DNA of 64,000 nt from Bacteroidota bacterium. GTDB taxonomy: Bacteria; Bacteroidota; Bacteroidia; Palsa-965. Of the stretch, positions 34,818-45,438 are shown piece after piece; the first letter of the stretch is position 1, and every line of letters starts with the position of its first letter. A model generated the notes under the pieces. That model worked only from the letters and a program-made list of their open reading frames with translations, searched no databases and was not told the DNA's origin. A program made the position numbers and the translations under genes. The stretch is taken from NCBI GenBank assembly GCA_013288325.1, contig JABDCB010000004.1, positions 4,485 to 68,484 on the forward strand. Reading direction: 5' to 3'.

Positions 34818-37475
34818 CTAAAATAAGTTCAACTGATTCGGTTTGTCCTGGTCCTTATGTTTTTCTTCGAACTCGGCTTTTTTTTTAGCGGCCAGACGAA
34901 GCGCCTCTACAGGCGATTCTTTGGTATGTTCAAACTCCAGTTCCTCAGGAGGAATGGTCATTATTTTTTTTTTACTTTCCGGTGTTTCAACCAGGTTCAC
35001 TTCTTTTATTTTGCTTGCACTTAGCTTATTTCCTTTGGCCTTGATATTTCTGACCTCGATAAATTCGGCCAGCTTTATCTTTTCATCTTTAGGAGCAAAG
35101 CCCTTCACCTTAGCAAACTGAAGAATCACCACCGGTGCTGTTTCCAAAGAAACAAGCTCAACACGGCTTTCCGGATTTTCGGTTATAAAATGCACCCGGG
35201 TGCTGGCGGGATCGATTACAAAACGCTTCACAAAATATTGCTTGCTTTCTCCATCAAAATAAACAGCAGTAAGGGTAGCGGACGGATCAAATTTCTCGAT
35301 GAGAATGATGTCTTCATCAAAATGCGCTGTCAGTTCAACGGGTTTAAGCGTGTAATAACCGCTATGCGTTACTACTAGTATCCGGTCTTCCACCATAAAT
35401 TCGCCCAGGTAGGTACCTTTCACATCATAGTTGATCCGGTGTACGGTATCGTCAAACCATACCTTACGTGCTCCGAGGGTAGACATACCCTTTTCCTTTA
35501 TAACCACTTTTTTAACCGGGTTGCGCGTAACCATATTACCGATAGAGCTTCTCGATTTAATAGCGAGCTCGCTGAAATCCAGATCAAACTGTAATTTCCG
35601 CAACGCTACATTCGGCTTCAGAAATACGGTTACCCGTTCTGCTTCTCCATTGGGATTGACAGAGAAATAAAGCACTTCCGAACCGGCGGTTCCTTTGGTA
35701 AGATGATAAGGTTTATCGCGTGTGATACCTGTTACATTAAAACGTTTCATCAGCACAGCACCTTTGGGTCCGTCACGGTATATCATGTTATACGTGGTAC
35801 GTTCATCGCTCTTTCTAAAGACGGAGATATAGAGCAGATCTTTCCCTACAAAGGCCTTCTCCTGTACCTTGCTCACCATCATAGTGCCGTCTTTCCGGAA
35901 CACGATAATATCATCTATATCCGAACAATCGGATACAAACTCATCCTTCTTGATTCCATATCCCGCAAAACCTTCTTCCCTGTTTACATACAGTTTCTCG
36001 TTGGCAATAACAACGCGTGTGGCGATGATATTCTCAAACGATTTGATTTCAGTCTTACGCTCCCGACCTGCACCATACTTCTTCTTTAGTTCTTTGAAAA
36101 ACTCGATGGCATAATCTGTCAGATTAGCCAGGTGATGCTTTACCTGGTCTATTTTCTGATCCAGATCCTTCAGTAGTTCATCGGCCTTTATACTGTCAAA
36201 ACGCGTAATCCGGATCATCGGGATCTGGGTCAGCTTTTGAAGGTCTTCATCATTAATTGCCCGGAGTAATTTACGTTTGTGTGGCTTAAACCGTTCGTGC
36301 AGATATTCGTACAACGTTTCACGGTCGCTGTACTTTTTAAAATCAATATACATCTCCTCTTTAATGAAAATCTTTTCGAGGGATGCGAAATGCCATTTTT
36401 CCTGGAGTTCATGCAATTCAAGCTCGAGCTCCCTTTTTAACTGTTCCAGGGTGCGATGCGTGGAAATCTTAAGCATTTCGCTTACTCCTACAAACCGCGG
36501 TTTGTCATTTTCAATGACACAGGCGTTTGGCGAAATGGATATTTCACAATCTGTAAATGCATACAATGCATCGATTGTTTTATCCGGATCAGAGCCAGGA
36601 GCCAGGTGAACGAGGATCTCCACCTTTTCGGCTGTATTATCCTCAACCTTCCTGATTTTGATTTTTCCTTTTTCATTGGCAGCCAAAATACTTTCAATCA
36701 AACTACCGGTAGTGGTACTAAACGGTATTTCACTAACAACCAATGTCTTTTTATCATACATCCCGATACGGGCCCTGACCCGTATACGACCTCCGCGAAG
36801 ACCTTCATTGTAATTAGAGAAATCAGCTAATCCTCCGGTAGGAAAATCAGGATATATTTCTGCTTTTCTTCCCTTAAGCACGGCAATGGAGCCGTCAATC
36901 AGTTCATGAAAATTATGAGGCAGGATTTTACAGGCGAGACCAACAGCAATACCCTCTACTCCCTGAGCAAGCAGCAAAGGAAACTTAACGGGTAATGTGA
37001 CCGGTTCTTTATTCCGTCCGTCATAACTGCTTTGCCAGGAAGTGGTTTTTGGATTAAAAACAACTTCGAGGGCAAACTTGCTCAGACGGGCCTCAATATA
37101 TCGGGGAGCAGCGGCCGAATCGCCGGTAAATATATTTCCCCAGTTACCCTGCATATCTATCAGCAGATCTTTCTGACCTATCTGAACCATGGCATCACCG
37201 ATAGAAGCATCTCCATGCGGGTGATATTTCATGGTACTACCTATTACATTGGCTACCTTATTATAGCGTCCGTCTTCCAGCTCCCACATCGCATGTAAAA
37301 TACGACGCTGAACAGGCTTCATACCATCTTCCAAAGCCGGAACGGCCCTTTCCAGAATTACATAGGAAGCATACTCCAGAAACCAGTTATTGTACATTCC
37401 CTTCAGGTGGGTGATATTATGATCACCTCCTCCTGTTTGTTCAGGGCCTTCAAATAAATCTTTTTTATCGCTCAT
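34818..37475 (-). CDS. parC: DNA topoisomerase IV subunit A
   Basis: PVQRRILHAM and the catalytic-Tyr region AAAPRYIEARL. 885 aa. Directly downstream of the ParE-type subunit. Confidence 0.88.
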   Translation of the reverse strand: MSDKKDLFEGPEQTGGGDHNITHLKGMYNNWFLEYASYVILERAVPALEDGMKPVQRRILHAMWELEDGRYNKVANVIGSTMKYHPHGDASIGDAMVQIGQKDLLIDMQGNWGNIFTGDSAAAPRYIEARLSKFALEVVFNPKTTSWQSSYDGRNKEPVTLPVKFPLLLAQGVEGIAVGLACKILPHNFHELIDGSIAVLKGRKAEIYPDFPTGGLADFSNYNEGLRGGRIRVRARIGMYDKKTLVVSEIPFSTTTGSLIESILAANEKGKIKIRKVEDNTAEKVEILVHLAPGSDPDKTIDALYAFTDCEISISPNACVIENDKPRFVGVSEMLKISTHRTLEQLKRELELELHELQEKWHFASLEKIFIKEEMYIDFKKYSDRETLYEYLHERFKPHKRKLLRAINDEDLQKLTQIPMIRITRFDSIKADELLKDLDQKIDQVKHHLANLTDYAIEFFKELKKKYGAGRERKTEIKSFENIIATRVVIANEKLYVNREEGFAGYGIKKDEFVSDCSDIDDIIVFRKDGTMMVSKVQEKAFVGKDLLYISVFRKSDERTTYNMIYRDGPKGAVLMKRFNVTGITRDKPYHLTKGTAGSEVLYFSVNPNGEAERVTVFLKPNVALRKLQFDLDFSELAIKSRSSIGNMVTRNPVKKVVIKEKGMSTLGARKVWFDDTVHRINYDVKGTYLGEFMVEDRILVVTHSGYYTLKPVELTAHFDEDIILIEKFDPSATLTAVYFDGESKQYFVKRFVIDPASTRVHFITENPESRVELVSLETAPVVILQFAKVKGFAPKDEKIKLAEFIEVRNIKAKGNKLSASKIKEVNLVETPESKKKIMTIPPEELEFEHTKESPVEALRLAAKKKAEFEEKHKDQDKPNQLNLF

Positions 37476-37518
37476 ATTAAATCTTACGAATAGTAACAGG
37501 AAATGAATCCTGTTGATA

Positions 37519-39366
37519 TTATTCCGATTCTACTAAATCTTTTTCAATTTTCAGATTCTCAATAATAAAGTCTTGTCTTTCCTGCGTGTTCTTACCCATG
37601 AAATAACTCAGAATTTCTCCGATAGAACCTTCTTTACCTACAATAACAGGGTCAAGGCGAATATCTTTTCCGATAAAATGTTTGAACTCATCCGGAGAGA
37701 TTTCACCCAATCCTTTAAATCGGGTTATTTCAGGCTTAACACCCAACTTGCTGATTGCACTTCTCCGCTCTTCATCGGAATAGCAATAAATTGTTTCCTT
37801 TTTATTCCGTACACGGAACAAAGGAGTTTGCAGAATAAATACATGTCCGTTCTTTACCAGATCAGGAAAAAATTGAAGAAAGAAAGTAAGCAGCAACAAG
37901 CGGATGTGCATCCCGTCCACATCCGCATCGGTAGCCAGTACAATCTGATTGTATCGCAGATTTTCCAGACTCTCTTCAATATCCAGCGCCGCCTGAAGCA
38001 GATTAAACTCTTCATTTTCATAAACAATCTTCTTCGTCAGACCATACGCATTCAATGGTTTACCCTTGAGACTAAATACAGCTTGTGTATTCACATCCCT
38101 TGTTTTGGTGATGGAACCGCTTGCGGAATCTCCCTCACAGATAAACAACGTGGTATTGAGACGGTCGTCTGCCTTATCAGTATAATGTATTCGGCAGTCG
38201 CGCAGTTTTTTATTGTGCAAACTTGATTTCTTGGCCCGGTCCCTTGCCAACTTCTGGATTCCACTCAGCTCCTTACGTTCTCTTTCCGATTGCAGTATCT
38301 TGGTCAGAAGGATTTGTGCTACATCCGGATTTTTATGGAGATAGTTATCCAGCTGTTCCTTGATAAAATCGCCAATAAAGGTTTTTATAGAAGGTCCGCT
38401 GGGGCCGATATCCTGAGAACCTAATTTGGTTTTTGTCTGTGATTCAAAAACAGGCTCCTGAACCTTGATGCTGATGGCTGCAATAATGGAGGTACGAACA
38501 TCCACCGCTTCAAAATCTTTTTTATAAAACTCTCGCACCGTTTTAACAACCGCTTCACGAAAGGCCGCCTGGTGAGTACCACCCTGGGTGGTATGCTGAC
38601 CGTTCACAAAGGAATAATATTCTTCTCCATACTGGGAAAAGCTATGTGTCATGGCCAGTTCTATGTCATGTCCGCGAAGATGCACGATGGGATACAGAAT
38701 TTCACCGCTCAGGTTTTCCTGAAGCAGATCTTTAAGTCCGTTTTCAGACTTATAAATAGTACCGTTAAAATTAATACTGAGGCCTGTATTGAGGTAGGCA
38801 TAATTGCGTACCATGCGCTCCACATATTCGAGCAGATACTGCCATTTCGGGAAAATACGGTCGTCTGGTATAAAAGATACCAGCGTTCCTGATTTCTCGG
38901 GGCTGTCACTTAACTTATGGTCCTTGGTAATTTCTCCTCTGCAGAACTCCACCGTTTTGCATTTCCCTTCGCGGTAGGATGCTACTTTGAAATAGCTGGC
39001 CAGGGCATTCACTGCCTTGGTACCTACTCCGTTCAGACCTACAGACTTTTTAAATGCTTCGGAATCGTATTTTGCACCGGTATTGATTTTGGAAACAACA
39101 TCCACCACTTTCCCAAGCGGAATTCCCCGTCCAAAATCTCTTACCGTCACTTCGTTTTTGCTGATGGTGATATCGATCTGTTTACCGGCCCCCATCACAA
39201 ATTCGTCAATGGAATTATCCACCACCTCTTTCAGCATGACATAAATACCATCATCCTGTGATGATCCGTCACCCAGCTTACCGATATACATCCCTGGACG
39301 GAGACGGATATGCTCTTTCCAGTCGAGGGATTTTATACTGTCTTCGTTATATTTTGATTCTGCCAT
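37519..39366 (-). CDS. parE: DNA topoisomerase IV subunit B
   Basis: GHKL ATPase motifs ([23 protein letters not shown]) and Toprim motifs CEGDSASGS and [11 protein letters not shown]. 615 aa. Confidence 0.88.
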   Translation of the reverse strand: MAESKYNEDSIKSLDWKEHIRLRPGMYIGKLGDGSSQDDGIYVMLKEVVDNSIDEFVMGAGKQIDITISKNEVTVRDFGRGIPLGKVVDVVSKINTGAKYDSEAFKKSVGLNGVGTKAVNALASYFKVASYREGKCKTVEFCRGEITKDHKLSDSPEKSGTLVSFIPDDRIFPKWQYLLEYVERMVRNYAYLNTGLSINFNGTIYKSENGLKDLLQENLSGEILYPIVHLRGHDIELAMTHSFSQYGEEYYSFVNGQHTTQGGTHQAAFREAVVKTVREFYKKDFEAVDVRTSIIAAISIKVQEPVFESQTKTKLGSQDIGPSGPSIKTFIGDFIKEQLDNYLHKNPDVAQILLTKILQSERERKELSGIQKLARDRAKKSSLHNKKLRDCRIHYTDKADDRLNTTLFICEGDSASGSITKTRDVNTQAVFSLKGKPLNAYGLTKKIVYENEEFNLLQAALDIEESLENLRYNQIVLATDADVDGMHIRLLLLTFFLQFFPDLVKNGHVFILQTPLFRVRNKKETIYCYSDEERRSAISKLGVKPEITRFKGLGEISPDEFKHFIGKDIRLDPVIVGKEGSIGEILSYFMGKNTQERQDFIIENLKIEKDLVESE

Positions 39367-39371
39367 AAAAC

Positions 39372-39409
39372 GAATTAAGATTTAAGATTTTTGAATTAAG
39401 AATTAATTC
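39372..39409. repeat. AT-rich repeats GAATTAAGATTTAAGATTT / GAATTAAGAATT (inverted orientation of the 34.8-kb motif)
   Basis: GATTTAAGATTT is the exact reverse complement of AAATCTTAAATC at 34771-34782. Confidence 0.5.
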
Positions 39410-39412
39410 TAG

Positions 39413-40507
39413 TTAGACGTTGAACCGGAAATGCATCAGGTCTCCGTCAGATACCACATATTCTTTTCCTTCAATAGAGAGTTTGCCCGCATCGCGGCAG
39501 GCCGACTCGGAACCAAGATCGATAAAATCCTTGTATTTGATCACTTCCGCTTTAATGAATCCTTTTTCAAAATCCGTATGAATCACGGCAGCTGCCTGAG
39601 GCGCTGTCATACCGCGTGTAATGGTCCATGCTCTTACTTCTTTTACCCCGGCCGTGAAATAGGTTTGTAAATCCAGCAGGCGATAAGCAGCTTTGATCAG
39701 TTTATTCACACCCGGCTCTTGCAGTCCTATATCAGCCAGAAAAAGCTGACGTTCTTCATATGTTTCGAGGGCAGCTATTTCGGCTTCCATCTGAGCCGTG
39801 ATTACGATTACTTCAGCACCTTCCTGTTCAACAGCTTTTTTTACCGCATCCACATATTTGTTTCCTGTATTCACAGATTCCACATCAACATTGCAGACAT
39901 ACATCACCGGTTTAACGGTAAGCAGGTGACAATCTTCAATATGAATCTTTTCTTCTTCGCTCAATTGCACGGTACGGGCTGACTTGCCCTGATCCAATGC
40001 TGTTTTAAGCAAGGTGAGTACATCAAATGCTTTTTTGGCGTCTTTATCCGTTTTAGCCAGCTTCTCCACCCGTTTGATCTTAGCTTCTACCGTTTCAAGA
40101 TCTTTCAGCTGCAGTTCGGTATCAATAATCTCTTTGTCGCGTACGGGATGTACAGAGCCATCTACGTGAACCACATTGGGATCGTCAAAACAACGCAATA
40201 CATGCAGGATAGCATTTGTCTCCCTAATATTGGCAAGAAACTTATTTCCAAGTCCCTCCCCTTTACTGGCCCCTTTCACCAATCCGGCTATATCTACAAT
40301 TTCAACCGTAGTAGGTACTACCCGTTCCGGCTTAACCAGCGATTCAAGCTTTGCCAGTCTATCGTCGGGTACGGTAATAACCCCCAGATTAGGTTCTATT
40401 GTACAAAAAGGGAAATTTGCCGCCTGGGCTTTCGCATTGGATAGGCAATTAAACAAGGTTGATTTACCGACGTTTGGCAATCCAACAATACCGCACTTTA
40501 AGGCCAT
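39413..40507 (-). CDS. ychF: redox-regulated ribosome-binding ATPase YchF
   Basis: GIVGLPNVGKSTLFN. 364 aa. C-terminal TGS-like end DGDLMHFRFNV. Confidence 0.95.
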   Translation of the reverse strand: MALKCGIVGLPNVGKSTLFNCLSNAKAQAANFPFCTIEPNLGVITVPDDRLAKLESLVKPERVVPTTVEIVDIAGLVKGASKGEGLGNKFLANIRETNAILHVLRCFDDPNVVHVDGSVHPVRDKEIIDTELQLKDLETVEAKIKRVEKLAKTDKDAKKAFDVLTLLKTALDQGKSARTVQLSEEEKIHIEDCHLLTVKPVMYVCNVDVESVNTGNKYVDAVKKAVEQEGAEVIVITAQMEAEIAALETYEERQLFLADIGLQEPGVNKLIKAAYRLLDLQTYFTAGVKEVRAWTITRGMTAPQAAAVIHTDFEKGFIKAEVIKYKDFIDLGSESACRDAGKLSIEGKEYVVSDGDLMHFRFNV

Positions 40508-40747
40508 ATACTACAGTTCAGATTAATTATAAATTGAATAACAATGCTTCTGGTGATTTCGGAGTTCTTTAGTCAGGGACATTTATTGATCTCTTTCCAT
40601 GGGTTCGTAAAATTACCCCGCTTCAGCAAAACCGCAAAGATACTATTTGATGTCAGGGAGCAAAAACCCTGAAGACCTAATGAATTCGTAGTTTTCAACA
40701 GGGTTGCGAATATTATTAACATTAGGGGCAACCTCTCTAAAAACATT

Positions 40748-40755
40748 TACTTTTG
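40748..40755 (+). promoter_or_regulatory. -7 promoter box TACTTTTG for the transketolase operon
   Basis: Exact TAnnTTTG 27 nt upstream of the ATG at 40782. Confidence 0.45.
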
Positions 40756-40781
40756 GATTCCCTTTCTAAAAACGGATTAAT

Positions 40782-41627
40782 ATGCCCGAAATCAAAGAAT
40801 TAGAGCTCATCTCCAACCAGGTACGAAGAGATATAGTACGGATGGTACATGCCGTTAATTCGGGTCACCCGGGTGGTTCTCTCGGATGTACCGATTTTTT
40901 AGTCGCCCTTTATTTCGAAATCATGAAAAAGGAACCTGTTCCATTTAAAATGGATGGGAAAGGTGAAGATCTCTTTTTTCTCTCAAACGGACATATTTCA
41001 CCCGTATTTTATAGTGTTCTGGCCCGTTCCGGCTATTTTGACGTTAAGGAGCTGAGCACATTCCGTAAACTGAATTCCCGTCTGCAGGGACACCCTACCA
41101 CCCATGAAGGTCTTCCGGGTGTGCGTATGTCATCCGGCTCCCTGGGTCAGGGATTATCCGTAGCAATTGGAGCAGCACTGGCTAAAAAATTAAACGGAGA
41201 TAATCGTATTGTTTACAGCCTTCACGGTGACGGAGAATTACAGGAAGGACAAATATGGGAAGCCGCTATGTATGCTGCCGGAAAAAAGGTGGATAATCTG
41301 ATCTCTACTATTGATATGAATGGCCAGCAAATAGACGGATCAACGGATAACGTACTTCCTCTTGGGAATCTTCGTGCCAAATGGGAAGCTTTCGGCTGGG
41401 ATGTAATGGATATGGACGGAGCCAATATGAACAATATTGTTGCCACCCTGAAAAAAGCAAAAGAACATACAGGCAAAGGAAAACCGGTCATGATCCTGAT
41501 GAAAACAAATATGGGACAAGGGGTTGATTTTATGATGGGATCGCACAAATGGCATGGCGTGGCTCCGAATGATGAGCAACTGGCCCAGGCTTTGGCTCAG
41601 CTACCGGAAACAGCCGGTGACTATTAA
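40782..41627 (+). CDS. transketolase, N-terminal (TPP-binding) subunit
   Basis: GHPGGSLG, SNGH, HGDGELQEGQIWEA. Confidence 0.93.
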   Translation: MPEIKELELISNQVRRDIVRMVHAVNSGHPGGSLGCTDFLVALYFEIMKKEPVPFKMDGKGEDLFFLSNGHISPVFYSVLARSGYFDVKELSTFRKLNSRLQGHPTTHEGLPGVRMSSGSLGQGLSVAIGAALAKKLNGDNRIVYSLHGDGELQEGQIWEAAMYAAGKKVDNLISTIDMNGQQIDGSTDNVLPLGNLRAKWEAFGWDVMDMDGANMNNIVATLKKAKEHTGKGKPVMILMKTNMGQGVDFMMGSHKWHGVAPNDEQLAQALAQLPETAGDY

Positions 41628-41665
41628 ATAATATAAACATTAACAACCCCGAATCAAGAACCCGG

Positions 41666-43117
41666 ATGTTTGTTCCTTTCTGCAAAGCAGCTATCTTATC
41701 GGATGCAACATCTGACAAAATCGGTATCCGGCAATGCCGGGGCTGCTTTTTGAGAATATCTTTCTTTATGATGGTGCTGCTGAGTGTGTCATCCTCCTCT
41801 TCTGCCCAGTCAACTGAACCAACCCGGATACTCTTCATTTTTGATGCCAGCTTCAGTATGTACGGAGAATGGCAAAGCGGAACAAAAATTGAAGTGGCCA
41901 AAAAACTTTTTGCTGAATTTCTGGACACATTAAAATCCAATAACCCCAACCTGGAAATAGCACTGCGCTGTTTCGGTCACCAAACCCCTTTAAGGCCTAA
42001 CATTGATTGCAAGGATACCAAACTGGAGGTTCCTTTTGGTTCGGTACAAAAGAATGTCCCGTTGATCAAGAAAAGGATGGAAACGATTCTTCCCACCGGT
42101 ACTACCCCTATTGCTTATTCTTTAGGAGAAGCCGCTAATGACTTCCCGACGGCTTACGGACGTAATATTATCGTGCTTATAACCGATGGTGTGGAGGAAT
42201 GCGACGGCGACCCGTGTGCTATTTCGCTGAAGCTGCAGGAAAAAGGCGTTATACTGAAACCCTTTGTGCTGGGAATAGGACTAGGAACTATGTTTGCCGA
42301 TCTGATGGGCTGTGTTGGAAAATTTTATGATATCACCAGTGAAGCTTCGTTTAAAGGCATTCTGAATATGGTGGTGAGCGAAGCCATTAACCGTACTACG
42401 ATCCAGGTAAATCTGCTGGATATCAATAAAAAACCTACAGAAACGGATGTGGATATGACATTTTATGATGAATCCACCGGAGAAATCCGTTATAATTTTC
42501 TACATACAATCAATAACAGGGGCAACCCGGATACCTTATCGGTTAATCCCGGTGCTCGTTACAAACTGGTTGTACATACCATTCCTCCGGTTGAAAAAAC
42601 AGGTATCGTATTGAAAGAGGGGCAGCATAATGTCATTGTCCTGGATGCCCCTCAGGGTAGTCTGGCATTGAAAACAGAAGGTACGAATACGTATAAATCG
42701 CTGCAGGCCCTTATTCGTCGCAAAGGGGAAAAAACAAGTCTGCATGTTCAGGATTTTAGCCGGGTAGAGAATTATCTGGTTGGAAAATATGATATCGAAA
42801 TACTTTGTCTGCCCCGTATCATTAAGAGCGATCTGGATATTTCACAAAGCAAGACAACCACTATTACCATACCCCAGGCTGGAATATTGACCCTGATGAA
42901 ACCAGGGGAAGGAGCCGGTAGTGTGTATCTGGAAGATGGCAAAAAGATTGTATGGGTTTGCAACATGAAGGATTTACAAACCCAGGAAAATATTGTTTTA
43001 CAACCGGGTAATTACAGAGCGGAGTTCAGATCCAAAATACTGAAGAAATCGGATAACACGATTGAACGTCGCTTTAAAATTGAATCCGGTATTTCCACAA
43101 CCGTTAAACTTTATTAA
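41666..43117 (+). CDS. secreted von Willebrand factor A (VWA) domain protein with beta-rich C-terminal extension
   Basis: MIDAS DxSxS (FDASFSM) and downstream TGTTPI and ITDG motifs. Signal-like N-terminus; start uncertain (ATG 41666 or 41768). Confidence 0.8.
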   Translation: MFVPFCKAAILSDATSDKIGIRQCRGCFLRISFFMMVLLSVSSSSSAQSTEPTRILFIFDASFSMYGEWQSGTKIEVAKKLFAEFLDTLKSNNPNLEIALRCFGHQTPLRPNIDCKDTKLEVPFGSVQKNVPLIKKRMETILPTGTTPIAYSLGEAANDFPTAYGRNIIVLITDGVEECDGDPCAISLKLQEKGVILKPFVLGIGLGTMFADLMGCVGKFYDITSEASFKGILNMVVSEAINRTTIQVNLLDINKKPTETDVDMTFYDESTGEIRYNFLHTINNRGNPDTLSVNPGARYKLVVHTIPPVEKTGIVLKEGQHNVIVLDAPQGSLALKTEGTNTYKSLQALIRRKGEKTSLHVQDFSRVENYLVGKYDIEILCLPRIIKSDLDISQSKTTTITIPQAGILTLMKPGEGAGSVYLEDGKKIVWVCNMKDLQTQENIVLQPGNYRAEFRSKILKKSDNTIERRFKIESGISTTVKLY

Positions 43118-43126
43118 TTTTAGAAA

Positions 43127-44092
43127 ATGAACTACACGATCCTTGATAAAAAAGATACCCGTTCAGGTTTTGGAGCAGGGTTGTTTGAATTAGGAAGAAC
43201 TAATCCTGAAGTGGTTGCACTTTGTGCCGATCTTACCGGCTCCCTTAAAATGGATGCTTTTCAGAAAGAGTTTCCGGATCGTTTTTTTCAGATCGGGATT
43301 GCGGAGGCCAATATGATCGGGATTGCTGCCGGACTTACTATAGGAGGAAAAATTCCTTTCACCGGCACCTTTGCTAATTTCTCAACCGGAAGGGTTTATG
43401 ATCAGATCCGTCAAAGTGTTGCTTATTCAGGTAAGAATGTCAAGATATGTGCATCTCATGCCGGTCTTACCCTGGGCGAAGATGGTGCTACCCATCAGAT
43501 TCTGGAAGACATTGGATTGATGAAAATGCTGCCCGGGATGACCGTTATAAACCCTTGTGATTATAACCAAACCAAAGCTGCAACCCTTGCTATTGCAAAA
43601 CATACAGGACCTGTATACCTTCGTTTTGGCCGGCCGGTAGTACCCAATTTCACCCCTCCGGATCAGCCCTTTATCATTGGCAAAGCCCTTCATCTTCAGG
43701 AAGGAACGGATGTAAGTATTTTCGCTACAGGCCATCTGGTATGGCAAGCACTGGAAGCGGCCAAAGTACTGAAAGACAAGGGTATTTCTGCCGAAATCAT
43801 CAATATTCACACCATTAAACCTTTGGATGAAGCAGCAGTCTTAAACTCATTGGCAAAAACGCGTTGTGCTGTAAGTGCGGAAGAGCATCAAATGAATGGA
43901 GGACTGGGAGATAGTATTGCTCAGTTGCTTGCCCGCAAACATCCTGCACCTATAGAAATGGTAGCGGTGAAAGATAGTTTTGGAGAAAGTGGTACTCCGG
44001 AACAGTTGATGACCAAATACGGTTTGGATGCAGCACATATCGTACTTGCCGCTGAAAAAGTAATGCAACGGAAGCATGCTCTGATTGCATAA
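43127..44092 (+). CDS. transketolase, C-terminal (pyrimidine-binding) subunit
   Basis: FQIGIAEANMIGIAAGL, DGATHQ, and a C-terminal transketolase-C fold region. Confidence 0.93.
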   Translation: MNYTILDKKDTRSGFGAGLFELGRTNPEVVALCADLTGSLKMDAFQKEFPDRFFQIGIAEANMIGIAAGLTIGGKIPFTGTFANFSTGRVYDQIRQSVAYSGKNVKICASHAGLTLGEDGATHQILEDIGLMKMLPGMTVINPCDYNQTKAATLAIAKHTGPVYLRFGRPVVPNFTPPDQPFIIGKALHLQEGTDVSIFATGHLVWQALEAAKVLKDKGISAEIINIHTIKPLDEAAVLNSLAKTRCAVSAEEHQMNGGLGDSIAQLLARKHPAPIEMVAVKDSFGESGTPEQLMTKYGLDAAHIVLAAEKVMQRKHALIA

Positions 44093-44673
44093 TGTCATCT
44101 TCAACCAACCCCATGAATGACTATTCCGACAAGGAGCTGCTAGAACAGTTCAGGAATGAAAGCTCCCGTAATATGGCTTTCAACCAGCTTGTCAGAAAAT
44201 ACCAGAGACGTGTATACTGGCATATCCGCAGGCTTGTTGTGGATCATGATGATGCGGATGACGTAACCCAGAATACCTTTATCAAAGCCTGGAAGGGCTT
44301 ACATAATTTCAAAGAAGACTCTCAGCTATTTACCTGGCTATACCGGATTGCAACCAACGAATCATTCACTTTTCTGAAACAGAAAAAAGCCAATCTGAAT
44401 CTTCCGTTGGATGATGCTTCTTATGCTATTTCCAAAACACTTACCGATGACAATTTCTTTACCGGAGATGAAATTCAAAAAAAACTTCAGCGGGCGATTC
44501 TGACCCTTCCGGAAAAGCAAAGGATTGTGTTCAATATGAAATACTTTGACGAAATGAAATATGAAGAGATGAGCAAAGTGCTGGATACTTCAGTTGGGGC
44601 TTTAAAAGCCTCTTATCATATAGCGGTAAAGAAAATAGAAGCTTTTGTATTGAAAGAGGTTGAAAACATCTGA
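44092..44673 (+). CDS. ECF-type RNA polymerase sigma-70 factor
   Basis: Region 2 (DDADDVTQNTFIKAW) and region 4 HTH (EEMSKVLDTSVGALKASYHIAVKKI). The start overlaps the transketolase stop (TAATG). Confidence 0.9.
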   Translation: MSSSTNPMNDYSDKELLEQFRNESSRNMAFNQLVRKYQRRVYWHIRRLVVDHDDADDVTQNTFIKAWKGLHNFKEDSQLFTWLYRIATNESFTFLKQKKANLNLPLDDASYAISKTLTDDNFFTGDEIQKKLQRAILTLPEKQRIVFNMKYFDEMKYEEMSKVLDTSVGALKASYHIAVKKIEAFVLKEVENI

Positions 44674-44772
44674 AACAAACCAGAAGGGCAAAAACCGATG
44701 GTAACCCGGAAAAATGAAGATTTCTTGAAGATGTGCTTAAACCTTTAATTATTTTAGATATCAAAGTATTAA

Positions 44773-45438
44773 ATGAACACTCCCGGACACATACATGATG
44801 ATGCAGAAGACCTGAGCAACCTTCCCGGCTTTTTACAGGAAGGTAAGAAAGGGCTTGTTTATCAGGTACCTGCAGATTATTTTGAGGAGCTGCCTAGGCG
44901 TATTATGTCCGAAATAAGGCTTCTTGATCTAAAACCGGCAGAGCAACCGGTTCCGGAACACTTTTTTGAAGAGCTTTCGGAAGCCATTCATCATTCGATT
45001 ATCATTGAAAACCTCTCTATCAGCAAGGAAGAACCTTATCAGGTTCCGGCCGACTACTTTGACTGGCTCCCTTCCCGTATTCAGGATAAGATTGTAACCG
45101 CTCCCCGGGTTCGTTTTGGCCTGGATTGGTGGAAACAATGGGCCACTGTCCGTATTCTTTTACCCAGCGCATTGGGAGTTGTTGTTCTTTTAATCTGCAT
45201 ACGATTCATGGCCCCTGCTGCCAATACCAATGAATCTTTTGCTTTGAATGAGCAGGACAAAAAGGAAGTAATTGAGAATCCTGAAGCATTTGGGTTGGAC
45301 GAAAGTATTGTGATGGAACATGTGGTTAACAGAAGTAAGATTTTGGACAAGACATCTTCTTCATCCGATCAAAATGAAGCCATTGATTACCTGATAGAAA
45401 ACAATGTCGACCTCAATTCCCTTCCTTCAGACAATTGA
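44773..45438 (+). CDS. putative anti-sigma factor / single-pass membrane protein
   Basis: Follows the ECF sigma gene. One TM helix (ILLPSALGVVVLLICIRF). Cytoplasmic repeats YQVPADYFEELPRRI and YQVPADYFDWLPSRI. Confidence 0.55.
   Translation: MNTPGHIHDDAEDLSNLPGFLQEGKKGLVYQVPADYFEELPRRIMSEIRLLDLKPAEQPVPEHFFEELSEAIHHSIIIENLSISKEEPYQVPADYFDWLPSRIQDKIVTAPRVRFGLDWWKQWATVRILLPSALGVVVLLICIRFMAPAANTNESFALNEQDKKEVIENPEAFGLDESIVMEHVVNRSKILDKTSSSSDQNEAIDYLIENNVDLNSLPSDN

Noticed and set aside
37573-38226. 217-aa plus-strand ORF
   Set aside because: Antisense shadow of parE.
40508-40781. Long (274-nt) ychF/transketolase divergent intergenic region as a possible riboswitch or ncRNA
   Set aside because: It holds only short 5-6-bp hairpins (e.g. 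TCAGGG-N8-CCCTGA) and no recognisable riboswitch core. Two divergent promoters explain the length adequately.
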